Shown in pieces: positions 12,001 to 24,500 of a stretch of DNA of 64,000 nucleotides. A program made the position numbers and the translations under genes. Each line of letters begins with the position of its first letter. Position 1 is the first letter of the stretch. Source of the DNA: Macrostomum hystrix (Eukaryota > Animalia > Platyhelminthes). The notes below the pieces were generated by a model. That model had not been told where the DNA came from. It did not search any database and saw nothing but the letters and a program-made list of their open reading frames with translations. Where the stretch lies: positions 7,502,001-7,566,000 of the forward strand of contig CATNEN010000002.1 of the NCBI GenBank assembly GCA_950097015.1. The letters run 5' to 3'.

Positions 12001-12132
12001 GCTGTGGTCATCATCATTCTGGTCATGTTCAGCGTGCTGGTCATTGTTCTAGACCTGTCAACATTGTCGCGCGATATTAACCTGCTGAAGACCAACCTGA
12101 AACGTCTAAAATCATTGAAGAAGTTTAAATAG
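6011..12132 (+). CDS. Selectin-like type I membrane protein: signal peptide, C-type lectin domain, four sushi/CCP-like modules, TM, short basic tail (about 601 aa)
   Basis: Exons 6011-6047, 8111-8395, 9030-9227, 9304-9573, 9941-10180, 10275-10559, 10753-11028, 11918-12132; all GT-AG, all phase 1, frame intact. Kozak GCCGCCATGG. CTLD motifs GKCYKRF..C...GARL..IW and WLW..W..P..GNCA..W..C..FCEK. Sushi YPFAS..FQC..G..YCKSDGTWNVSQLPSC. TM IGAVVIIILVMFSVLVIVL. Confidence 0.85.
6198..7610. repeat. 15-bp minisatellite (GGAAACGTCGCTGTG)n with higher-order blocks, intron 1 of lectin gene
   Basis: Direct tandem periodicity; variant blocks containing ATAGATATAGATAT recur about every 240 bp. Confidence 0.95.
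8646..8991 (+). mobile_element. tRNA-headed SINE, copy 1
   Basis: A-box TGGCATAGCGG, degenerate B-box and body shared with the copies at 26415 and 35790. A/T-rich tail. Imperfect TSD TTATACTAAAATATG / TTATACTAACCTATG. Confidence 0.8.
9766..9935 (+). mobile_element. Partial hAT/Charlie-type MITE (left end)
   Basis: AGGGTCGGCAAACTCCGGCCTGCGGGCCAGATG matches the left end of the element at 23042; also holds one copy of its internal repeat seed. Confidence 0.65.
11095..11905. repeat. 19-bp minisatellite (GCAACACCAGCCACTCCCT)n, last intron of lectin gene
   Basis: About 42 units, stop-free in most frames, hence the many ORFs in the track. Confidence 0.95.
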
Positions 12133-12623
12133 CATTGCTGAGAAGCTTTGCACCGAATTTGTTCCGAATCCGAGCTCCATGAAGGACAAAAAATTCGTTA
12201 CATTCGCAACTGGAATGCCGATACAAAGCTTCTAAGAAAACTGTACCATCCTTGCCTCAAGCTTAACAAATTATATATTTTTTAAGACTATCTTCCTACA
12301 CGAAAATATTTAATCACTTTTTTTTGGGTAAAGCATTATTCAATGTTAAATGAATTAGCTAACAATCCAATTTCGTGGACTTGTCAATCGCAGTTTTACG
12401 TGCTCGGTCCTAAAAACAATTTTTTTTCAAATCAAAATAAACTTTTTCTTTTCTTTTAATAATAAAATTATAATTTCTGCTGTCTGGTAGAAAATCTGCA
12501 ATTGTTGCGCCTTTATCGCCTACAAAGGCGGAATAAAAGACTATATTCAGCCTTAGTTTTCAGAAAATTTAATCCCGCAAATGCGGGCTTCGATTGAAAG
12601 ATACACGAATTAGTATATCGATC

Positions 12624-13917
12624 ATGGATGGATGGATGGATGGATGGATGTATGATTGGATGGATAGATGGATTGACAGATAGATGGATGAATGGATGGA
12701 TAGATGGATGGATAAATGGATGGATGGATGAATGGATGGAAAGATGGATGGATGGATGGATGGATGGATGGATGGATGGATGGATGGATAGATGGATGGA
12801 TGGATAGATAGATGGATGGATGGATGGATGGATGGATGGAAAAATGGATGTTATGGAGGGATGGATAGATGGATGGATGGATGGATAGATGGATAGATGA
12901 TAGATGGATGGATAGATAGATGGATGGATGGATAGATGGATGGATGGAGAGATGGATAAATGTATCATGGATGGATGGATAGATGGATGGATAGATAGAT
13001 GGATGGATAGATAGATAAATGTATCATGGATGGATGGATGGATGGATAGATGGATGGATGGATAGATAGATGGATGGATGGATGGATGGATAGATGGATA
13101 GATGTATCATGGATGGATGGATAGATGGACGGATGGATGGATGAATGATTGGATGGATAGATGGATAGATGTATCATGGATGGATGGATGGATAGATGGA
13201 TGGATAGATGGATGGATGGATGGATAGATAGATGGATGGATGGATGGATGGATGGATGGATAGATAGATGGATAGATGGATGGATGGATAATTGATGGAT
13301 GGATGGATGGATGGATGGATGGATGAATGATTGGATGGATAGATGGATAGATGTATCATGGATGGATGGATGGATGGATGGATGAATGGATGGATAGATG
13401 TATGGATTGACGGATGGATGGATGAATAGATGGATAGATGGATGGATTGACGGATGAATGGATGAATGGATGGATAGATGGATGGATGGATGGATGGATA
13501 GATGGATAGATGTATCATGGATGGATGGATTGACAGATAGATGGATGAATGGATGGATAGATGGATGGATGGATGGATGGATGGATGGATGGATGGATGG
13601 ATGGATGGATGGACGGATGGATGAATAGATGCATAGATGGATGGATGAATGGATGGATAGATGGATAGATGGATGGATGGATGAATGGATGGATGGATGG
13701 ATGAATGGATGGATAGATAAATAGATGGATAGATGGATGGATGAATGGATGGATAGATGGATAGATGTATCATGGATGGATGGATTGACGGGTGGATGGA
13801 TGAATGGATGAATGGATGGATTGACGGATGGATAGATGGATGGATAGATGGATGGATGGATGGATGGTTGGATTGACGGATGGATAGATGGATGGATGGA
13901 TGGATGGATGGATGGAT
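12624..13917. repeat. (ATGG)n/(ATAG)n tetranucleotide microsatellite
   Basis: 1.3 kb of GATG/GATA repeats between the convergent lectin and ULK3 genes. Confidence 0.97.
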
Positions 13918-14288
13918 TTTGTATACTCTGATATGAAATAACTGACGCGAACACACAAAGCTAATCGGGCAAATTGAAAAGAGCAATAGTGAAGGAATCA
14001 GAAATAAAGTTAGGCTGCAGCTCATGCAGAAATGGATGAATCACTGTGCAATATCAAGGTGTAATTCTGATGCAAGGTTAATAGAGACAGCAAAGGTGTG
14101 TAGCAAAATGGAACAAACTAGCAGGGAAGCCGCACTAACATCTAATCTGAATAATTAACACCAGGAAGGCTATAAACATCGCATCTGTGGTACTCAAACA
14201 GTCTGTCTGTCGTGCTCAGATTTTCTCAGTCCTCTGATCTGCCGATGTAGGAATGTCTTCTGGTTTATCGATCGAATTGCAGTGCTTA

Positions 14289-17200
14289 TTACATCATCGC
14301 ACAGTTTGATCCTGAAATATGAGGCTAAAATGTTTTCTAAAGCTTTCTAAGAACACCGCTTGTGACTTATTGATTATCAACAGATCGCGTACCCTGCGAT
14401 TTCATCTCCTGATCTTCGCTCTCCAGCGCCCGCTGCAGCTCAGCCTTGGGTCGCTGCGTGTCCTTGGACTGCAGAAACTTTCTAGTGTTCTCCGCTGTGG
14501 ACAGATTGAAGTCCACCTTTGATAGTCGCGGAAAGGAGAAGCTGGCGTTATAAGATGACTGGCACAGCCTGAGGTACAGGAAGAACAATGACTGACACAG
14601 CCTGAGGTACAGGAAGAACAATGACTGACACAGCCTGAGGTACAGGAGGAACAATGACTGACACACAGCCTGAGGTACAGGAGGAACAATGACTGACACA
14701 CAGCCTGAGGCTTAGGAGGAACAATGACTGACACACAGCCTGAGGTTCAGGAGGAACAATGACTGACACACAGCCTGAGGTACAGGAGGAACAATGACTG
14801 ACACACAGCCTGAGGTACAGGAGGAACAATGACTGACACACAGCCTGAGGTACAGGAGGAACAATGACTGACACACAGCCTGAGGTACAGGAGGAACAAT
14901 GACTGACACACAGCCTGAGGTACAGGAGGAACAATGACTGACACACAGCCTGAGGTTCAGGAGGAACAATGACTGACACACAGCCTGAGGTACAGGAGGA
15001 ACAATGACTGACACACAGCCTGAGGTACAGGAGGAACACTGACTGACACAGCCTGAGGCTTAGGAGGAACAATGACTGACCCACAGCCTGAGGTACAGGA
15101 GGAACAATGACTGACACACAGCCTGAGGTACAGGAGGAACAATGACTGACACAGCCTGAGGTTCAGGAGGAACAATGACTGACACACAGCCTGAGGTACA
15201 GGAGGAACAATGACTGACACAGCCTGAGGTACAGGAGGAACACTGACTGACACAGCCTGAGGCTTAGGAGGAACAATGACTGACCCACAGCCTGAGGTAC
15301 AGGAGGAACAATGACTGACACACAGCCTGAGGTTCAGGAGGAACAATGACTGACACACAGCCTGAGGTACAGGAGGAACAATGACTGACAGCCTGAGGTT
15401 CAGGAGGAACAATGACTGACACACAGCCTGAGATTCAGGAGGAACAATGACTGACACACAGCCTGAGGTACAGGAGGAACAATGACTGACACACAGCCTG
15501 AGGTACAGGAGGAACACTGACTGACACACAGCCTGAGGCTTAGGAGGAACAATAACTGACCCACAGCCTGAGGTACAGGAGGAACAATGACTGACAGCCT
15601 GAGGTTCAGGAGGAACAATGACTGACACACAGCCTGAGGTACAGGAGGAACAATGACTGACACAGCCTGAGGTTCAGGAGGAACAATGACTGACACACAG
15701 CCTGAGGTACAGGAGGAACACTGACTGACACAGCCTGAGGCTTAGGAGGAACAATGACTGACACAGCCTGAGGCTTAGGAGGAACAATGACTGACACACA
15801 TCCTGAGGTACAGGAGGAACAATGACTGACACACAGCCTGAGGCTTAGGAGGAACAATGACTGACACACAGCCTGAGGTTCAGGAGGAACAATGACTGAC
15901 ACACAGCCTGAGGTACAGGAGGAACAATGACTGACACACAGCCTGAGGTACAGGAGGAACACTGACTGACACACAGCCTGAGGTACAGGAGGAACAATGA
16001 CTGACCCACAGCCTGAGGTACAGGAGGAACAATGACTGACACACAGCCTGAGGTTCAGGAGGAACAATGACTGACACACAGCCTGAGGTACAGGAGGAAC
16101 AATGACTGACAGCCTGAGGTTCAGGAGGAACAATGACTGACACACAGCCTGAGATTCAGGAGGAACAATGACTGACACAGCCTGAGGTACAGGAGGAACA
16201 ATGACTGACACAGCCTGAGGTACAGGAGGAACAATGACTGACACACATCCTGAGGTACAGGAGGAACAATGACTGACACACAGCCTGAGGCTTAGGAGGA
16301 ACAATGACTGACACACAGCCTGAGGTACAGGAGGAACAATGACTGACACACAGCCTGAGGTACAGGAGGAACAATGACTGACACACAGCCTGAGGTACAG
16401 GAGGAACACTGACTGACACACAGCCTGAGGTACAGGAGGAACACTGACTGACACACAGCCTGAGGCTTAGGAGGAACAATAACTGACCCACAGCCTGAGG
16501 TACAGGAGGAACAATGACTGACACAGCCTGAGGTACAGGAGGAACAATGACTGACACACAGCCTGAGGTACAGGAGGAACAATGACTGACCCACAGCCTG
16601 AGGTACAGGAGGAACACTGACTGACACACAGCCTGAGGCTTAGGAGGAACAATGACTGACCCACAGCCTGAGGTACAGGAGGAACACTGACTGACACAGC
16701 CTGAGGTACAGGAGGAACAATGACTGACACACAGCCTGAGGTACAGGAGGAACAATGACTGACACACATCCTGAGGTACAGGAGGAACAATGACTGACAC
16801 ACAGCCTGAGGCTTAGGAGGAACAATGACTGACACACAGCCTAAGGTTCAGGAGGAACAATGACTGACACACAGCCTGAGGTACAGGAGGAACAATGACT
16901 GACACACAGCCTGAGGTACAGGCGGAACACTGACTGACACACAGCCTGAGGTACAGGAGGAACACTGACTGACACACAGCCTGAGGCTTAGGAGGAACAA
17001 TAACTGACCCACAGCCTGAGGTACAGGAGGAACAATGACTGACACACAGCCTGAGGTACAGGAGGAACAATGACTGACCCACAGCCTGAGGTACAGGAGG
17101 AACACTGACTGACACACAGCCTGAGGCTTAGGAGGAACAATGACTGACCCACAGCCTGAGGTACAGGAGGAACACTGACTGACACAGCCTGAGGTACAGG

Positions 17201-20200
17201 AGGAACAATGACTGACACACAGCCTGAGGTACAGGAGGAACAATGACTGACCCACAGCCTGAGGTACAGGAGGAACAATGACTGACCCACAGCCTGAGGT
17301 ACAGGAGGAACACTGACTGACACACAGCCTGAGGCTTAGGAAGAACAATGACTGACCCACAGCCTGAGGTACAGGAGGAACAATGACTGACACAGCCTGA
17401 GGTACAGGAGGAACAATGACTGACCCACAGCCTGAGGTTCAGGAGGAACAATGACTGACACACATCCTGAGGTACAGGAGGAACAATGACTGACACACAG
17501 CCTGAGGCTTAGGAGGAACAATGACTGACACACAGCCTGAGGTTCAGGAGGAACAATGACTGACCCACAGCCTGAGGTACAGGAGGAACAATGACTGACC
17601 CACAGCCTGAGGTACAGGAGGAACAATGACTGACCCACAGCCTGAGGTACAGGAGGAACAATGACTGACACATTGAGAAACAATAAAGGCAAACTTAGCA
17701 ATCCGAAAGCACTCACGACTTCGCACAAAAGAGTTCTTCGTTCACCCTCCGGTTCCTCTGGAAAAGCAGACAAGAGTAATTGAGTCATTTGTATTTAGCA
17801 GAGAACTTTCTTTGAATACGATATATTCCATCTCTCAGTCACTCACTTCGGATTAGGTCCAGCATTTTGTCGCATGAAGTCTCAAATAGGGTCAGGGCTT
17901 CCGCGTGCGCGCCTTGGCTAAGCTGAATAGAAAAGCAGCATGGTTTTTTAGATCGAATACAACATTCACTACTTGAAGTATTAGATACGAATGTTCAGAG
18001 AAATGAAGTCACCTTATGATTAAAAGCTGAAATGGCCTTCAGGCTGTCCATGATTTCCGGGTCAGGTTCGCACAGTTCCACTGCAAAAAATGGGCAGAAT
18101 TTAAAATTGCCACAGGCAACAAATAGTCGAAATTTTCAAACGAGTAGTTCACCATACTCACAGAGCCGGGTCCAATGAGCCTCAGCCACTGGCGGCTTGG
18201 CGGCCTTCTTCTGCGGCGATGCCTCGGACTGCAGGTACTCCGCTCGGCTCATGTATTCGTAGATCTGGGTGGCAGAACCGATACTCAGTTAGAAAACTGG
18301 CTCCACCTGCCACATCTGCTTATCTACCTGTCTCGTCTGCTTATCTACCTGTCTCGTCTACTTATCTATCTGACTCATCTGGTTATCTATCGATCTCATT
18401 ATTTTATCTACCTGTCTCGTCTGCTTATCTACCTGTCTCGTCTACTTATCTACCTGTCTCGTCTACTTATCTACCTGTCTCGTCTACTTATCTATCTGTC
18501 TCATTTTGTGATTTACTTGTCTCATTTCGTTATATACTTGTCTGGTCTGTTTATTAACATTTCTCATTTATTTATCAAAGCATAGCATTAGAAAACGCGG
18601 TCCAGACAATTCGGAAAAACGAACCCGATCACGCAGTTGTTCCTTTCTTTGCAAACTGTCTTCGTCTGAAAAAAATATTCAGAGGCAAGATGAATTATTT
18701 GCAATGGTTAATTAGCTAATGCTACACAGATGAATTATTTGCAATGGTTAATTAGCTGATGCTACACATATGGAGTCAATCAAGCTCACAGTGCAATGCG
18801 GGCACCAGGTAGGTGAGAGCCAGCCGGTACAGCTTGAAGGCCTCTTCGAGTTCACCGTTTGAGTCCGCGCTGACGGCCCGCAGAGCCAGGGCTTTGCCTT
18901 TCTCCAAGCACTCGGCAGTCGGGGCGTGCTCGAGATCCACAAACGTGTGGCTGAAGAAGGCCGCGTGGTCGGCCCGTTGGCGAGGGTCGCGCTGCAGCAG
19001 GCGGGTCAGCAGGTCGCGGCAGGCCTCGCTAACTGGCGTCTCGCGGCCGGGCGTCGGGCACTGGACAGTTGGCACCGGCACGGGCTCGGGGCTGGCAATC
19101 TTGCGCAGGAGGTCCTCGTGAGTGTCCGAGGCGAACGGCGCTCGGCCGAATAGGCACTCGTATAGGATGATGCCCACCTGGGGATGGGAAGAATGTAAGA
19201 ATATCTTCTAAGAATGTAATGCGGGAAACCCTACAGCAAAACAGAACAAGGAAATCCCATTGTCATTTATTAGCTTAGGGAAATCCTACTTCAAAGAATA
19301 TAATGCGGGAAACCCCACCGCAAAAATGGAACAAGGAATTCCCTTACGTAAGTATTAGGTTAGAGAAAGCCCTTTTGTTAAAATTAAGAGGGAAATTCCA
19401 ACGCTAAAAATAGAACGAGGAAATCCGATAGCTAACGACATGCAAGGGAAATGCGATTTCTAAGACTAGCTACGTAGACGCGGCCCGAGTCTCTCGATAA
19501 CGCGGTAGACAGAAGGCGACCTTAAAAATGCCGTTGCTACGGAAAAGACAAGGGAAATGAAATCTCTGACAATAAGGACTGGGAGAGTCTCCAAACAATG
19601 ATTACAACTGTGGAAATAACAAAGCAGAAGAAAGTAAAGATTATTTAAATGGCAGGGATTAGATTAGCAAATGAAGCACTCACCGACCACAGGTCGCACT
19701 TAGGACTGTACCGCCGTTCCGTCACGATCTCCGGCGCCATGTACAACAGAGAGCCGCGCACCTGATCAGCGTGACTATCAGATTTCAGGTGGTGGGCGAA
19801 TCCGAAATCGGCTATTTTTAGTTTGGGAGTGTCGCCGCCAGTTAGCAGAATGTTCTGCGGCTTCAGGTCCATGTGCACCACATTGCGGCTGTTCAGGTAG
19901 CGCAGAGCCAGCGCCAGCTGCTGTAGGAATCGGCGGACCAGCTGGGGTGGCGGGATCGTCATTATCACATTATCTATCTGTCACGTATCATTAACTCACA
20001 TTTTACTTCACCTGTTTTCCTAATCTATCTTTCTCTGACCTGTTCCTTATCTGTCTCTTACCTGTTTATTATCTGTCTCTTACTCTGTTTATTATCTGTC
20101 TCTCACCTGTTTATTATCTGTCTCTCACATGTTTATTATCTGTCTCTCACATGTTTATTATCTGTCTCTCACCTGTTTATTATCTGTCTTTTAACTTTTT

Positions 20201-20988
20201 ATTATCTGTCTCTCACCTGTTCCCTTTCTGTCTCTCACATGTTTATTATCTGTCTCTCACCTGTTTATTATCTGTCTCTCACCTGTTTACTATCTTTCTC
20301 TCACCTTTCTATTATCTGTCTCTCACCTGTTTATTATCTGTCTATCACCTGTTTATTATCTGTCTCTCACCTGTTTATTATCTGTCTCTCACCTGTTTAT
20401 TATCTGTCTATCACATGTTTCTTAAATATCTATATTTACCCACTGGCATATTTACTTAGTTAATCTCGTATTTTACAACCAGATTCTATCACAACTTGTT
20501 TCCTGGCTCATTCACACTCTGACTGCTTGCGTCGCACTAAGTGGACTCTCACCGACTCTGACAGGCAGCGCCGCAGCTTAATGAAGCGCAGCAGGTCGCC
20601 ACCGGAGCAATACTCTAGTATGAGGTGGATGTGATTGGCGTCCCAAACAAAATCAATCAGGCGAACAATGTGAGGATGATTCAGAGCTTTAAGTAGTTCG
20701 ATCTCTTTAAGCAGATTCTCTTTAGAGGTGTTTGTGAGGCTTTTCTTGTTGACACACTTGATTGCCACAACTTGACGAGAGCCGCTCTGCGGGAGGACAA
20801 AAATCGATAAATCTATCATCCAATCAGAGAAGCGCGAAATCAGCCAGCCAATCAGGGGGAAACTATACCTGTCTGATGGCCTGATAGACGGTGGCATAGG
20901 TTCCAGCACCCAACCGACCCGTGATGGTGTACTGCGGCACGGTGGGCGGCTGACCGTCAGATCCCCAAGTTGAGGCAATCCCAGCCAT
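14289..20988 (-). CDS. ULK3: Serine/threonine kinase ULK3 (kinase + two MIT domains + CaaX), about 491 aa
   Basis: Exons 20869-20988, 20553-20786, 19684-19941, 18790-19177, 18625-18665, 18162-18264, 18013-18080, 17847-17922, 17717-17757, 14393-14516, 14289-14311; phases consistent. Motifs [65 protein letters not shown]. Ends CAMM*. Confidence 0.93.
14562..17672. repeat. 33-35-bp minisatellite (CAGCCTGAGGTACAGGAGGAACAATGACTGACACA)n, ULK3 intron
   Basis: About 90 units filling a 3.2-kb intron. Confidence 0.97.
18318..18540. repeat. 21-bp minisatellite (TATCTACCTGTCTCGTCTACT)n
   Basis: Tandem units in a ULK3 intron. Confidence 0.9.
20045..20420. repeat. 22-bp minisatellite (TCTGTCTCTCACCTGTTTATTA)n
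   Basis: Tandem units in ULK3 intron 2. Confidence 0.92.
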
Positions 20989-21160
20989 CAGGCCTCTTTA
21001 TCTTTTTTAATTTTGTCACTTCCAGTGCCAGTTTGCAGGGGCACACTCTGGGCTGGCCAAATTCTGGAAGCGTCAATCACAGGCTGGAAATTTTAAATCG
21101 AACAACGAAAATCTACTGCGAGTGCCAGGACATAGTGGACTGGGAGTTGGTGTGCTGTAA

Positions 21161-22020
21161 ATGATGGATATTGCGAACTGTGAATGATGGAGATTGTGAA
21201 CTGTGAATGATGGATATTGTGAACTGTGAATGATGGATATTGCGAACTGTGAATGATGGAGATTGTGAACTGTGTATGATGGATATTGTGAACTGTGAAT
21301 GATGGAGATTGTGAACTGTGAATGATGGATATTGTGAACTGTGAATGATGGATATTGTGAACTGTGAATGATGGAGATTGTGAACTGTGAATGATGGATA
21401 TTGTGAACTGTGAATGATGGATATTGTGAACTGTGAATGATGGAGATTGTGAACTGTGAATGATGGAGACTGTGAACTGTGAATGATGGAGACTGTGAAC
21501 TGTGAATGATGGAGACTGTGAACTGTGAATGATGGAGATTGCGAACTGTGAATGATGGAGATTGTGAACTGTGTATGATGGATATTGTGAACTGTGAATG
21601 ATGGATATTGTGAACTGTGAATGATGGATATTGTGAACTGTGAATGATGGAGATTGTGAACTGTGAATGATGGATATTGTGAACTGTGAATGATGGATAT
21701 TGTGAACTGTGAATGATGGAGATTGTGAACTGTGAATGATGGAGACTGTGAACTGTGAATGATGGAGACTGTGAACTGTGAATGATGGAGACTGTGAACT
21801 GTGAATGATGGAGACTGTGAACTGTGAATGATGGAGATTGTGAACTGTGAATGATGGAGATTGTGAACTGTGAATGATGGATATTGTGAACTGTGAATGA
21901 TGGATATTGTGAACTGTGAATGATGGATATTTTGAACTGTGAATGATGGAGATTGTGAACTGTGAATGATGGAGATTGTGAACTGTGAATGATGGAGATT
22001 GTGAACTGTGAATGAACTGT
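21161..22020. repeat. 23-bp minisatellite (GAACTGTGAATGATGGAGATTGT)n
   Basis: About 37 units between DCTD and ULK3. Confidence 0.96.
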
Positions 22021-22507
22021 AATTCTAATGGCAGGAATGTAACATCCGATCATAAAAATTTAGCAAGGAAACAAAAAGTGAAAATAAAAAGCTAAGCAGA
22101 ATTGTATCTTAGCAAAGTTATTCAACAATTCAACAACTTGACGCCTGACGCCACAGGATCGATATAATTTCGATATGTCAAACGAAAAAAGATTTGAAAT
22201 TTATTGAATAAACTGACCAAAATGCGATGCGAACTGAAAGTAGCGAATAATAATATTTTTTAAGTCACTATTGCAGAGAAAATTAATTTTAGGGTAAAAT
22301 TTGGCAGAATTAAAATGTTAATTAAAAGTTCTTAATAATTCATAAATAATGCTAAAACCTTTTAAAATGCAATCGCAAAATTTTTGCAGAAAAAATCAGT
22401 AAATTTTTACCGAAAAGGACCAGTTCAATAAACTTTAAAAGCGATTGACATTGCTGCCTCTAAAAAAGTAGCGTTTCATAGAAAAAAGTAACGATACTGA
22501 CATTCCG

Positions 22508-24016
22508 TTAGTTTTCAATAACAAGCGCAGCGCTAGCCTCCTCCGGTAGCTGATCAAAGTCGATGACAATGGACCGCCTGCTGGGCTGGAACTGCCTGTG
22601 CCTCACGCGGGCCATCTCGAACATCAGCTTGGCTGCCCGGTTCTCCACGGAGCCGCAGTATTTGTCGGACAGGTACACCACCTCGGCTATGCCCGACTGC
22701 ACAATGAGCTTGGCGCACTCATTGCAAGGGAACAGGGCCACGTAGAGGGTGCAGTCGCGCACATCGGCCGAGTTCTTGTTCAGAATGGCGTTCATCTCGG
22801 CGTGGCACACGTACAGATACTTTGAGCCTAGAGGTTCACCCGGCGTGTGGCGTTGCCATGGCAACTTATCGTCCGAGCAGCCGATTGGCATGCCATTGTA
22901 GCCAACGCCAACAATTTTGCGGTCTTTGTTCACAATGCAGCAGCCTACCTGGACAGGTGGAGTTGTGGGTGTCACGAAACTGAGGTCCCTGACGATATTA
23001 ACTCAAGGACACACATGAGAAGCTTAACTATTACTCTAGAGCAGAAGGGGTCAGCAAACTCCGGCCCGCGGGTCAGATGTCCCGTGTCTCATCTCTCCCC
23101 TGTCTCGTCTCTCCCGTATCTCATATCTCCCAGTTGTCTCGTCTCTCCCGTGTCTCATCTCTCCCGTGTCTCATATCTCCCTTGTCCCGTCTCTCCCGTA
23201 TCTCATATCTCCCTTGTCTCGTCTCTCCCGCGTCTCGTCTCTCCCGTATCTCATATCTCCCTTGTCTCGTCTCTCCCTTGTCTCGTCTCTCCCGTATCTC
23301 ATATCTCCTTTGTCTCGTCTCTCCCTTATCTCGTCTCTCCCGTATCTCATATCTCCCTTGTCTCGTCTCTCCCGTGTCTTATCTCTCCATTGTCTCGTCT
23401 CTCCCGTGTCTCATATCTCCCTTATCTCGTCTCTCATCTCTCCCCGTATCTCATATCTCCCTTGTCTCATCTCTCCCGTATCCCATATCTCCCTTGTCTC
23501 GTCTCTCCCGTGTCTCATCTCTCCATTGTCTCGTCTCTCCCGTCTCTCATCTCTCCCGTACCTCTTTGAACGCAGCGACAAAGAGGCCTCACACGACCCC
23601 AGCCAACATAAATAACCAGCCAATGAGCCCACCACCAAACAGCAGGGAGGGTGGGGGGCATGACCGGGTGCGGGGTGCGCACAAACGCTGGTTAGCCGCC
23701 AATCAAACCAGGTGAATCAATGCGACCCGCTGTGGTCTTTTGTCCTGCTAGCTAATAAGTTTGCCGACCCCTGCTCTAGAATCTCTCTGAGATGCAAGAA
23801 GATTTTCAACTACAATTCGGAGTTCTGGCGTTATGTCATTTAACTACAAACCTGGGTCGCAGGATCCTTGCTTCGCTGAGCGGACAGGAAGGCCACAGAC
23901 ATGAAGTATTCCTCCCAGCTAATGTAGTTAGAACGCTTTCCAGTTGTCAAGCCTGTTTTTGCATTTGTTTCTGCTTCTATGGAAGAAGAGCCATTGCAGA
24001 GAAGGTTTTCGGACAT
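22508..24016 (-). CDS. DCTD: dCMP deaminase (201 aa, 2 exons)
   Basis: Exons 23852-24016 and 22508-22948. Reads [29 protein letters not shown]|[37 protein letters not shown], with zinc ligands HAE and PCxxC. Confidence 0.96.
23042..23773 (+). mobile_element. hAT/Charlie-type MITE with internal minisatellite expansion, DCTD intron
   Basis: Ends CAG(AA)GGGGTCAGCAAAC and GTTTGCCGACCCCTG; 8-bp TSD CTCTAGAG/CTCTAGAA (nTCTAGAn is the known Charlie target preference). Pyrimidine-rich repeat of about 32 bp at 23078-23560. Confidence 0.85.
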
Positions 24017-24184
24017 TTTGCTGCTGCTGATTTAAGTTGTTCGATGTGTAGAACGGCACTCGCTCACCAATCTAACTAGGCTGCAAATTGCGTGAATAAC
24101 ACACAAAGCGCCAAAACTTTTATGCGGCTGTGCCAGAAACAGCCAATCGAAAGAACTGTCTAAATCGCTAGACAGACAGAATAG

Positions 24185-24500
24185 CTAAATCAACCAACCA
24201 ATCAGAAAATCGCTAAATCAACCAACCAATCAGAGAATCGCTAAATCAACCAACCAATCAGAGAATCGCTAAGTCAACCAACCAATCAGAGAATCGCTAA
24301 GTCAACCAACCAATCAGAGAATCGCTAAGTCAACCAACCAATCAGAGAATCGCTAAATCAACCAACCAACCAGAGAATCACTAAATCAACCAACCAATCA
24401 GAGAATCGCTAAGTCAACCAATTAATCAAAGAATCGCTAAACCAACCAACCAATCAGAGAATCGCTAAATCAACCAACCAATCAGAGAATCGCTTAAATA
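24185..24500. repeat. 28-bp minisatellite (AAATCAACCAACCAATCAGAGAATCGCT)n containing CCAATCAG, upstream of DCTD
   Basis: About 11 units, 170-480 bp upstream of the DCTD ATG. Confidence 0.93.

Noticed and set aside
14562-17672. CRISPR-like array (35-bp repeats)
   Set aside because: Units are head-to-tail with no unique spacers, there are no cas genes, and the context is a eukaryotic intron. The same applies to all other arrays.
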